This document shows, piece after piece, positions 12,001-19,900 of a stretch of DNA of 64,000 nt. Positions within the stretch are counted from its first letter, which is position 1. Every line of letters starts with the position of its first letter. Location: NCBI GenBank assembly GCA_944381185.1, contig CALWKE010000002.1, forward strand, positions 302,882-366,881. The letters run 5' to 3'. The position numbers and the translations under genes were made by a program. The stretch comes from an uncultured Clostridia bacterium (GTDB lineage Bacteria; Bacillota; Clostridia; Christensenellales; UBA1242). The notes beneath the pieces are model-generated. The model searched no databases. It was not told the DNA's origin and worked only from the letters and a program-made list of their open reading frames with translations.

Positions 12001-13428
12001 AACAAAATATTCTTCTCTGTAATCATTTGAACTCATAAGTTCAATTTGACTATATTCAAAATCTATTTTTAAAGTTTGCTCATTAACATTTTTATATTCA
12101 TAAAAACCACTATCACGAAGCAACGTTGTTCCACTAACATGCAAAACAACTTCATCACGCATAGATTCATAAGCTAAAAATAATTCATTGTCATTATTAT
12201 AATACTTACTTAAAAACGCATCTTCTAAAGTGTTGTTAACACCAATTTTTTGTTCACAAACATAATAAAAGTCAGCAGTGTTAGAATTTGCCACTGTTGT
12301 TAATTTTGCATATCCATCATTTAATTTTAAAGTTATTTCTTTTGCATTATTATTTGATAAATCAATAATGCTGTATGAATAATTAATATTTTGATTATTT
12401 TCTTTAACTGTTGTTGAAACAACTTGATCATTTGAAACATACTCAAGTGTTTCAATTAGAATTTTATTATTATTAATAAAACTCACATTATAATTCAATT
12501 GATTATTTTTAGCATTTGTTATTGGCTTAACAAGTGATTTATAACCACTTTCTGATTTGTAATATATTGAAAAATTATTTGTTGTTTTTAATGTGAAAAA
12601 GTTTTCTGAAACTGAAAGTGTTGGCAAGTTATTGATATCCATCATATTAAAGGTTATATTTTCAATTTTAGAAAAACTATCTGATGTCAATAACTCTGAA
12701 CTGTTTGGCAATGTTAAATAATAAACATCATAATATCCATCACCTGAACTAAAATCAATATCTCTCATAACCGAGAAAATTAAATAGTTGTCATAAAGTG
12801 ACATTTCAGCTGATGTAGATTCACCTAACCTATCGTGAATATACACCATCATTTCTCTGCCAGTTGTGTCAAGTGAATAAACTTCAACTGGTTCGTTTCC
12901 ACCAATATAAATCAAACTAAAATAAACATCACTGTAAGATGTATCTCTTTGCTCAATTACACTCTTAATTATCACATAATTGTCGTTATAATCTAAAACT
13001 GAATATGACACAGCATTGTCACGAACAAAACCACCATCTGAAACTGTATCTGTTAAATTAAAATATGTGTAACTACCCCCATTTTGTTTATACATATAAA
13101 AAATTTCATTATATGTTTCTTCTTCTGTATCTGGAGAAATTCCTGTTACTTCACGATAGTTAAAATAATTATCGCCATACGAAATTATATCATCAATTGA
13201 ACAAATTGATGAATATGCCGTGTTAGTTATAACTTCATACTTTGGATTATCATAACCGTTATTTATATAATTTTCAAATTTTTGCAAAGCTGTTGCTTGT
13301 TGACCAGCTGGGTTGCTTGGACTACTCTTTTTCAACCCAAAAACACAACCCAAAACAATCGCAAGCACACAAACAACTGCGACAACTGAAATAATTATTG
13401 CTTTTGCTGATTTTTTCAATTTTTTCAT
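1..13428 (-). CDS. Giant surface protein, paralog 1 (>4476 aa, 3' end outside window): N-terminal TM anchor, WG-repeat-like domain, Flg_new/InlB-B-like repeats
   Basis: ATG at 13428 with GGAG RBS; reads MKKLKKSAKAIIISVVAVVCVLAIVLGCVFGLKK... The same frame still reads as paralog-like protein at base 1 (...YYLEFVSYGNADIFNNPF). An internal stop would have produced a long ORF in the track, and none is listed. Many PTRxGYxFxGW / GYTFxGWY motifs. Confidence 0.92.
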   Translation of the reverse strand, partial: MKKLKKSAKAIIISVVAVVCVLAIVLGCVFGLKKSSPSNPAGQQATALQKFENYINNGYDNPKYEVITNTAYSSICSIDDIISYGDNYFNYREVTGISPDTEEETYNEIFYMYKQNGGSYTYFNLTDTVSDGGFVRDNAVSYSVLDYNDNYVIIKSVIEQRDTSYSDVYFSLIYIGGNEPVEVYSLDTTGREMMVYIHDRLGESTSAEMSLYDNYLIFSVMRDIDFSSGDGYYDVYYLTLPNSSELLTSDSFSKIENITFNMMDINNLPTLSVSENFFTLKTTNNFSIYYKSESGYKSLVKPITNAKNNQLNYNVSFINNNKILIETLEYVSNDQVVSTTVKENNQNINYSYSIIDLSNNNAKEITLKLNDGYAKLTTVANSNTADFYYVCEQKIGVNNTLEDAFLSKYYNNDNELFLAYESMRDEVVLHVSGTTLLRDSGFYEYKNVNEQTLKIDFEYSQIELMSSNDYREEYFVYHNNEFGIVGIFDAKGNKIFDETSDYIFNEITPIKNGYAIGTTNDRYYTIIASEKKVIGVQGYQYDNNFTQLMNYGLGMVVGLVDENTYSLVLLDGTKILPEFERWEFASETKDEIIIEFYKSGSNKADYVLRIDGISGNFVFENDASIIETYSVLNKNNTDIITSYVSDNATLYTTGGTHIGNLYAYDNKNASIFDPGGHNWYITVSMVNGYYLTSATIGVNFYNNYNIVIRSSAATNGKVTIGSCSPSDYTFKVNSQGSGSSSVIDGTYYYSVTYKVSQNNAKYVGSLNFQSDRYETSGYSKFQYSVVFKNDYGNVTYNGTQYSTYTKNVSYGGSVSTSGMGAASRTGYHFTGWSNTTGSVTSPRACYAQWTANTYTVKYYFLYGSGTSVTSYSQSCTYGKSYSYQYYSTVCSNKGVTPATNYYGWGFVGWSDTSGGHNPSYKQGGSFSNLTSTNGGTVNRYAVFSRSPVIYYYGNKPNSASNSVTGSTSTSGPGAQYRGCSSSTTNTSSASVTLRDCGFKLTGWHFEGWGTSSGTTTATYSENATFSWSYNTSNSISLYAVWDQNSYTIYYNSNKPSSASNSVTGSTSSTTAYYDSNVTLRSNGFSLTGWRFQGWARSSTGSAVYSSGQTLTKPNFTSTNGGSYTLYAVWAANKYSVTFYFAYGSGTSVTSVTRQYTYDVSYTYPTYSSLCSGSRVTPATNYYGWEFYGWYSSSSSTNSSITASQGDSLKNLSSSNNGSVSRYAKFRREGTLLYNSNMPSSASTAVTGSTDPTHFGYQYRGVSSSSSIYASSASAKTSSCGFKLRGWTFVGWGTSSGTTTVTYNASTSYTFLPSNTYSNSTSINLYAVWRQNTYTIIYNSNKPSAASSNVTGSTPNSSATYDASVTLSTNGFSLVGWTFRGWATNSSGTGTIYSSGGTYSKPNFTSTDGGTYTLYAVWRQNTYTIVYAGNTPSNATYDVTGSTPNSSATYDASVKLSTNGFSLVGWTFTGWATNSSGTGTIYSSGGTYSKPNFISIDGGTATLYAVWKQNTYSISYTLNGGSYGTNHPTSATFEVTFTVNNPTRVGYTFAGWNITNLDSVDHYYGSYTSTATSLSGIKETTFKNLRSTSGTVNFAATWSANVYTINYNLNGGSYGTNHPTSAAYDQTITINNPTRIGYDFTGWDITGMDTVTHTIGSSTTTATSVSKTFATSFKNLHSTSGTVTFTANWVGRVYSITYVLNGGTHGTNHPTTATFGTEFSVSNPSRIGYTFAGWTISGMSTNCDHIIGGATVTGATTEGVFATTFNNLNSEEGTVTFTAIFQPISYYLYFSYITDYDYHNINKPTVNGNRIYNTSTGQRDLIEFDSTYTIPSGFPDNVDSSSICPAGTSLVGWYVTTVSPDSNTSTTAFVKNYDLGQSFVWQYPQDMYVYAVYELNTYTVNYYSSQTDSDMVSSDIDKVNYANKYAFATSKTIVTGSTLTSNTFEIPGYTQVGWYYSTATYAGEITSHQVNTEPFIWELFDNDTYYFYAHYEANAYTVQYYTTFQNSLGYVNNTSKYQIYETVYEGKVTVDFNSSFDLINLVSSGSEKTVPHGYEFAGWYFYLPSDSSNHELTGEEQNAISINSYDSISGKLVSTDKLIGTIEHYSFDGDVYAFAYYEPCKYRVRYFVPGYNDNGILTPDESVVTLANRLGMQVSDALGYAEALNIIDTYGYYIDEVVTFNEYFTARDENVFYGTTLLGWYVSTSNTLPDNTDKFTVDHINWEAGSEIFLDVYQEESNDIVYYAYGIYELAIYKIYYYIAPNFANINKLTNINYQYHVVSEMILFGSKYEFIVYPDTTDENKTINFFTEGMHIEGWYISSSGLDSFTSVFNITEDNISVRAGDVVNITQECDWFDPDLEKGDDGYYSYHAYAWYDWTDYFVYYYQITDKEFNYDRDNVNDFFNQFVNAMPNYSAAVTPDDEDYRTDSGYNSFDVVTFELTNYKLGESVIDLVIPKGYSFDKWVIYTQDENGNYVESNIDYNGKWHYTYNIYCYASYKPNEYTVNYYTANNNLIGTTNNTNLYFNSFSENVIFNSQYVIRNNDDEGFSLLGYQIVGYYVTTSMLSANKLLTESDITNITNFAYDDIAVSSGLYASNEIEQYFTVDGSFLYRYDSDIYVYAIYEQTSYTVSYYEPLNNRVNDIYNTNYFDLIYSNTAVFNNDYTIWEVEPDLISGYTFKGWFVSTTPFSGSISEITSAYLESLQVNNTTSQTGSLVAGIYSDSGFGENYLQNWASGETFTWRYTSDVYAYAFYVPNEYNVFYYDADNNLVGSANNAGEYSIRGDSAGIPFTFNGKVTISNEMLIDFNSYKFGLVGYTFTGFYVSTSPLASSVKFTSPTNEYRNSYWTNNYDLDDHFTISSDEANGSSYQQNWTNGSTFYFRYTSDIYVYAVYEANSYSINYYIPNDNAVGTANNLANYSQVLVDEAFSSSIFNENYTTYETSLIGYTFLGWYVFDEIQTVGNISAYTDIYLNSYQINTSSNNQTINSDSAINNDNYKQVWTPSNTFIWRYTNDVFAYALFEANTYNVYYYEPSDNLVEVVGSNRYEHAIYTAYFMQTQVVSIDFNELLKVKDSSLVGYTFNGWYAVTSPLASTNNNETLINSFTQAVYLMNDVSFGDETYAQNWAKNAEEFYFRYTSDVYAYAYYTANEYTITYYNANTNKFDHINNTDHYESIALPVIEKVSFNELYTTYSLAADNREVFAGYTWQGWYISTTPLQSIKFNWVGETVEYLNSYQNNKTTYGEILSDEDANSSLYEQNWVQNGESFLFRYTTDVYAYAYYTANEYNLHFYNSKDNKVGSANSVANYFNEINITVAYNDVVLIRDNKDDYTYSVVVWYYNNDNNKVIREEITFDNLLGYTFRGFFTSKTLLSSDSTITSITNEYILNDPSLLETPEEESYYSQYWIIDRDKVVGDGIEKYFYYRTYFEDYSNDLYLYMFYEVNSFDITYYWTENNSVYLNDDKYADGTEFANNVDYYISTNGSTETITGFNFNDLFTVKSVSLDGYIFNGWFISYSPLSEETITELTSEYLNHYFEFNPNRHLYASDSEIGNGQYLQLWTPDNKFYFRYEDNPQTNVDDNRHLYAYAFYTPRTYEVHFYYSDYDYDSAYHGTSRVDDSTSFYDEYYNVNTNYKEYTTVTVTFNKALVLPYDTFNLNAVAGTENVPYGYDFYYWIFSRDSASSSTIYNTPIYNNGNKFYSSDNYDIYTGLTSFDETQLISTAPTDYVLHEFATDTNYIYELYSKTTGSNEIVRYWDIFDQTDYYFYAYYRKEIYDYFYYYATTQENDNANNTALYHELNKNYDDVLNKIKYDNTIVLTQLYRDALPTDYSLAGWYVSTTPFNSQIYADYDENSDITGYYYLNGDQKVFIDIYEEGYEFGKFVGGSTNYQPYADSQIDGNLYIYAVYRKTINKYNVDVIASDKATTITESSNGKFDYLNDSLTGYIGNLNYNGVSSIGDIVSRVDIITNSVYNTDIYIPNTEVKGKNEIHSVQNKTLVIEITTKLGYYLSSYELVNAVGASIFNTERTLYGGDVIVSNQHSIYNIKNADGTITYVITITNCFADDTEEYVDDATAYADEISTLRFTFATTTYTFLNFSQNGSSNRNPQGFSYVPVAGEGATSSNANFNVTAKNQTSKSYYGNTNIVVFYPKFDPLSTDNGIIEISSYLSSLKIGNNTYNFNIGYNDVTDRYDMAKITSTNAESYYSQRAYNTFVVDGVTYDVNNAFKMGDFVLYLCSNGGLHTEVKYCYILFSDATAENESKQVVANFTDIRNSIVTSAELTDDSDVYTAGNNFGAITSTINNILPTATNVFTITPDDGYVVDYILISYQGETYRISLDEIVTDYVKNGKYTYNYTFIDEQSTDDYYLTHNDAYISYVYDVKTGVITITIAGIYHEMTIESFFKSHVVFRLEAEQVSFLSTAGAVQDITKDNIIFTIDQDVLDASYFVTGYYDGVNKDGIDMTMYYLEFVSYGNADIFNNPF
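8911..9450. repeat. Near-identical intragenic tandem duplication, 267-bp (89-aa) period
   Basis: ccaaactgcataaag recurs at 8911, 9178 and 9445; the two full units share long identical runs. Confidence 0.9.
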
Positions 13429-13494
13429 ATGAAATTCTCCAATTACAAAATCTTTTGTGAATAGTTATAATTAGCGATAATAACTTACTCTGTT

Positions 13495-13523
13495 AGTATA
13501 CCAAAAACAAAGCAAATTTACAA
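13495..13523 (-). promoter_or_regulatory. SigA-type promoter of paralog 1
   Basis: TTGTAA-N17-TATACT with extended TG; the same element lies upstream of all three paralogs. Confidence 0.75.
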
Positions 13524-13877
13524 ATATTTATAGTTAAAATTAACAAAAATTTTTTAATATAAAATAGTTATGTTTATATAATTATATTTTTAAAACTAAA
13601 ATTCGACATAAATCCCCAATTTATCGGCATTTACAAAAATTAAAAATTTTGGTTGTTTATTAGCGAAAATAGCAAGCAAAATTTTGGTTAAATTTGACCA
13701 AAATCATAGTTTTTTATTAAAAATTAATACAAATAAAATCTAATTTAGTTATTTTTTTAAAACAAATTATAGTTATATTATTAAAACTTATTTTATGAAC
13801 TTTATCAGTATTATTTAAGTTATAATAACATAATTATATTTGTTATAATTTTATAATAATAGCAAAATTTAAAAAAT

Positions 13878-13911
13878 AAAAAAACAGAAAGATTTCTCTT
13901 TCTGTTTTTTT
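13878..13911 (-). terminator. Intrinsic terminator of paralog 2
   Basis: A7-CAGAAAGA-tttc-TCTTTCTG-T7 just past the stop at 13938. Confidence 0.85.
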
Positions 13912-13937
13912 GCTGTAACTTGCGATAAATTCAACAT

Positions 13938-16900
13938 TTATGCCCCAAGACCATATTCTTGCATTGTTGTTATATTATATCTAATGTTTCCATCTGAATT
14001 TATGTGTAACATGTTATCACTAACCCTTACAACGTAATCATTTGAACCTGTTTTATAATAGAACGAAAGCACAAAATATTCGCCCGTATCAACTGAAAAA
14101 TCTAACGAAACAAGTGATGTATCAATCGTTTCAGAATCTAAATTAACATACTTATTCGAATTGATCATTTTTGTTAAATAGTCTGCAATATTTTGCGAGT
14201 TATTATAAAGTTCTGTGTATTGGTCTTTGTCTAAAACAATATATTGCAAATAGTCACCATTTTCTCTGTTATAAACATGAGTTGTGTCTGCTGCCCTTTC
14301 AAAATGCCAAACGTTCATTTCAGTTGATTCAATATCAATTTGAGTTGAATCAATTTCATTGTTTTTAACTGCATCAGTTGTAAAGTCCATAACATAAGGG
14401 CTGTAGATTGGGATTGCATAAATTCGTTCACTAACAACTGTTTGCCTTGAAATTATATTGAATTGAACTTCAACAACAACTGAAAGTGAAACTGTTTGCA
14501 AGTTGTTATTTTCGTCTAAAAATTCAATATTTTCAAATGTTATAGGCACATTAACATTTATAAAGTTAATTGTTGAACCATCAGTGTCGTAAACATAAGA
14601 ATTTGCAATTAAAAGCGCACTTAAAAAGTCTTCTAGTGAATATTCTGAAACTCTTTCAGCAACCGCTCGTTTTAAGTTTTCAATATAAAGTTGGTCATAG
14701 CCATCATAAATAATATCAATATAATCAGAAAACTCGGTATATATTGCACCACTTTGTGTAACTTCACCCGATTCACTATCTGAAGCATTTGCCTTAAGGT
14801 CTGTTAAAATTGCATCTGTCATATAAATGTAACCAATAAAGCCATATTCTTCACTATTATACCAGAATCCAATGTTAGGACTTGGAAGTGAGTTGATTGT
14901 TATACCTGAAGATGTCCACGATTGAGTTCCACCAGAGCCAGCAGTAAGTGAAACATTAATTGTATAGTTATCATTAACTGGGCAGTAAACTCTGTGTTCA
15001 AAATCAACTTTAATAAGCAAATCAGCCGACGTGCAGAGAGTTTTGTTATTAAAGTTCAAATAATATGTTTGAATATAATCATCTCTAACAGGAATTGTAA
15101 CTTCACCCGGCATAGTTTCAGGGTTAACATAAGGTGAACCATATTCATCATTGGCTGTTGGATAAACAACTTCATAATATTCATTATTATAAATTATGTA
15201 ATACGCATCAAGTGTTTGAATGCTATATGTGAATGAAAGACCAGTTGAACTTCCCTCTCCATTATAAATTGTTGTGCTAGGTGCACTTGTTGAACTATCT
15301 TGCATAATTGGAAGCCAATAATAATAATCACCTTCAATCTGAACATAATACCTTGGTCTTCTAGATAATACCCAATCGGTGCTTTCAGGTGCATTGGTTG
15401 GAACAGTTTCATTATAAACAATTTCTTTAAGTTCATAATATCTGCCATTACTATCAGCATCACTAACTCTTATATAAAGTTTTGCACCAGGATAATCATA
15501 TCTATATTTTTCTTCCCGCTCAAGTTTAATTTTTGTTGAATTGCCTTTAATATTATAATAGAAGTTTTCATTATCAACTGTTGTAATTTCAACTAAAACT
15601 TTTTGATTATTTTCATCAACATAATAGAAATTTTTTGATGCTTCGTCATAACAAATATATGTCTTCGAGTCATCTACATTTTCAAAATAGAACACTTCAT
15701 AAGTTTCTTCATAGAACCAATAAGTTCGAAGCAAAGTTCGCAGTGTGTTATAATCTTGTCCGCCCGAACTTCTATCATCATTAAAATCATTAACGGTATA
15801 TTTATTTTCTAGTCCCAAACCATCAAAACCATATTGCACTGAAATATTTATTTTTGCATAATTTGAATCATCAACATATTCAATTTGCTCTTCTTTTGGA
15901 ATTAGCGTTCCATTTTCATTAACAAATGGAGAATTTTCTGTGTTTGAGTTAAGAGTATATTCTTCCGTATTTCCATTATATGCAGTGTATGAATTGGTAT
16001 CATCATCCCATGTATAGAATTGAATATTTGTTGGTCTGTTCATTGCATAATAATATCCATATAATGTTATATTTCTGTTAATATAAGTTGCTTCACTCTC
16101 TTGAACATATTCAGTAAATAAAACATTTTTATTTCTATCAAGTGAATATTCATACCAACCTTTAAACGAATAGAATGAAAGGTCTAATCTCATAGACTTT
16201 GTTGGGAATGCAACCTTGTTTCCTAAAATTGGTGAACACTGATCATAATAACTATCCGTTCCGTTGCTTGTTATTGGCGTTGTTGTTGAACCATAGTTAT
16301 AATAGCCATTAGCATAAATATATTCATAACCATTATATGCTTGACCAACTGCTTCAGGGTCATCAACTGGTCTGTTACCAACAATTGATGATGAATAATA
16401 GTTTCCATACAAGAAATATCCATAAGGAACATTATATGAAACTGAACTTGAAGTTTGAGCAACATCATTTGAAATTGTTGCAATCTTTGTGAGTCCATAA
16501 GATAAATTTGACCTTAAAACATAATTAGGGTCATCAAGATTCATTGAAGATAAAATTGCATTAAAACTTTCTTCGTTAAATGTTGTTTCATAAACATTAA
16601 TAGTTCCTTCTTTAAGTGAAAGCGTATCTCCATTATCATCAAGAATGTTATAAAAATCAACTTGGAAGGTTTGAATTGAAAATTTGCAACTTATTTCAAT
16701 GTTACTCATAACATCAGTAAAGTTGAAATAAACTCTGTTAACATCACGCCTGCCATAAGTGCTTGCATAATTATCCGTTGATGTTTCTGCATAATTTGAA
16801 AGATTGAATCCTTCATCAATACTAGATGAGTCAACAATTGATAACAAACTATTAACAATAGTATCATTAAATATAATAGTTTGTGACCCATCATCTGCTT

Positions 16901-19900
16901 GTCTAGTTATAAATCCAACAGGAGTACTTGTAGCACCATTGGTTACCCTTGAAACATTTTGAAGAACAATCTTTTTATTTTCATTATTCCAACTAAATTT
17001 AAATGTCAAAATATGTTGTGAAGTTCTGAATTTCAAGGCTGTGCCTTGCGTATACTCTTCTATTCTATAGAATGTAAACGACATTTCTGATAAAAATCTT
17101 CCGTTATAATAAGGAATAATATCAAATGCTAAATCATGATAGAAATCAAAGGTGTAATCTAATGATGAATAAGTATCGTCATCTCCAAATTCTTTTTCTG
17201 TTGAAGTTTGAGCAACACCTGTTCCATTGTCTGAATCTTGAATTGTGTAATACCCAGAAAGACCAGGGTTAGAAGTTGAATTTGCATTATCACCAGACGC
17301 ATTGTTGCCATTGCCCATAGAAATAACAAAATCATCTTTAATTTGCCAATGAGCATAAAGCGTAAATTGTCTTGTTGAAAGGCATGTTAATAAAATTCCA
17401 CTGCCATCAATAGATGTAACTTTTAATGATTCATTATATGGACTGTTAATAAATCCATTGCTGTTATAAACATTTATTCTTAAATCATTCAAAGTGTACT
17501 TATCACCCGCTGTTGTAATGTAATAGGCATTACCATCACTATCAAAACTTACAACATATCTATTGCTTGAATAATACAGAAATTCATGGTCATTACTTAA
17601 TGAATCACTTTCAACTGAATTATAGAAACGAACATAATATTTTGTTCCCTTATATTTAAAGTATAAATAGTAACTAATTTCACCCTTATCATTAGTATTT
17701 TCTTCACTAGAAATGTAACAATTAATTCCGTTTATTGTAACATATCCAAAGTTTGAACTTGCACCTGATGCATCAAACTCTTCAATGCTTGTCATATTAT
17801 CAGAATTGAAATCATGTCTTGTATCAGTTGGAGATTTATAATCTGACCTAAATAATTTCTGATAGAACGCATAATCAAACACCAAATCATCAGCCGACCA
17901 ACTATCACCTAAAGTTTGACCAACATCTGAATATCCATTTGGATTAATGTTGTCAAGTTTTCCATCGTTAGCAAAAGTTGTTTTTAAAGTGTTTCCAACA
18001 ACAAGTGAATTTGGGTCATCTGACTTTAAAAGCCACCCAAGGAAATAATATCCTGTTGAAACTGCAAATAAATCATGCAGATAATATTTTGTTCCATTAA
18101 CAGAAATATAGCCATTTTTAACCAATTCATCAAAAACAAACACAATATTTAAGTTAGCAACAATATCTTTATATGTAAGATTAGCATTTGTTAATGAATC
18201 TTTTAAATTATTAGAATTAATTGCAAGTGAATAATCAAGATAATTTCTTGAATTAAGATTTGCACTATTATAAATTGCAAGAGCAAATCTGCTGTCTTGT
18301 TCATAAAGATTTAAAAGTTCTTCTTGGTCAATGTTTAATGAAATATTAGCATAGAAAGTTTGCTTTTTCCAAAGAGCGAAAATATAAATGTAATGCGTTG
18401 CTTCTTTTTCCGCTCCACCAGAATCTTTATCTCCACCCAAAATTTCTTGGTAATCATTAAAGCTACTTCCGTTTGCTATCATACTATTATTGGTATATAA
18501 AGGAACAAGCCCTGCACCAGAAGTTGAAACATAAACACCATCAACCAAAGTATTATTCAAATTATAAAATTCATAACGTGCTGAATAAACAGTGTTACCC
18601 TTATTTAAATCATTTGGATTATAAGTTGAATTAGGAGTGCTTGCATAATCACCGTCATAGAAGAACAATGACCAACCCAAAAAATCATAACCAACCCTTG
18701 TTGGGTTTGCATTATTAAGTTGATAATTAAATGTTTGATAATTAGAAATATATCCTAAAATTTCATTGTAAACATTTTCATTATCATCATCAAAATATGC
18801 CCAAATTGTAAACTCACTATTTGATTTATTAGTAACATCAGTTGAACCAATATGGTCAAGCGACGAAACAACAGTGTTGTCACGCCAGTCAATAACAGCG
18901 GTGTATTTGTTAACTTCCCAATAAGCATAAAGCATTAAATATCTGTTGTTTTCAGAAATTCCCCTGTCGACATAAAGGTTATTATCACCATCAAAACCAT
19001 AAGATGAATAAGCAACTGAAGTATCAAAATATGATAAATAATTTTGGTTATTACCCGGTATAAACCCATATTTATCACTTCCAACCTTGCTGTTTAAGTA
19101 ATCTTCACTAACCTTAACACTAATTGTGCTAGGCAAGATATTTGAATTTGTGCTAACATTTTGTGTTCCCGTATCATATCTATAAAAGACTACAATTTTT
19201 GGAGCATTCATATTGTTATTGTTTTTATTATAATACTTAAATTCAACATCAATATTATCATTAATGTTACCACTTTGATTAAATTCGTTGAGAAGACTCT
19301 TATTCAATACAGGAAGAGTTATACCACTTTGATTTAATTTTGAACTGTAATATTTTGACCCAAACAAAACACCTTGAGAGTTAAAACTTGAATCAATATC
19401 TTCAAAAGCATTTGATTTTTTGTTAAAGTACCAACCAAGCCAAGAGTAGCCATACCTGTCAATAACATATTGCATTTGATTGTTTTGAACAAAAATTTGG
19501 TCAACACTTTCATAGTGTCCAAGATATGCACTTTTAATTTCATTTGTTGCTGTTTGAGCATTCATAGCATACCAGTTAGAACTATCAAAAGTAACATAGA
19601 AGAAATATATTTCACTATTATTGATTATTCCTAAAACTAAATTACCAATTGCAACTTGTCCTTCAAAAAAGTCTGAACCTCTATAACTAATTTGTCCTTT
19701 AGTTGAACCATTTTGAGCATCTGAATCATTAAAGTCGAATGCCAAGATGTAACTATTAGCCTTCCAAATACCATATAAATCAATAGTGTAAGTTAAAGCA
19801 CTTCCACCAACATTATCCATAAATATGGTTGCATAAGCAGCCCAGAAATTATAATTTTCAGTTTCTGTGTTACCCGTATCAGTTAAAAAGTATGTTTGAT

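Noticed and set aside
963-12030. Many 60-130 aa ORFs in the track
   Set aside because: Off-frame or antisense shadows of the giant ORF 1-13428; the same applies to short ORFs inside the other long genes.
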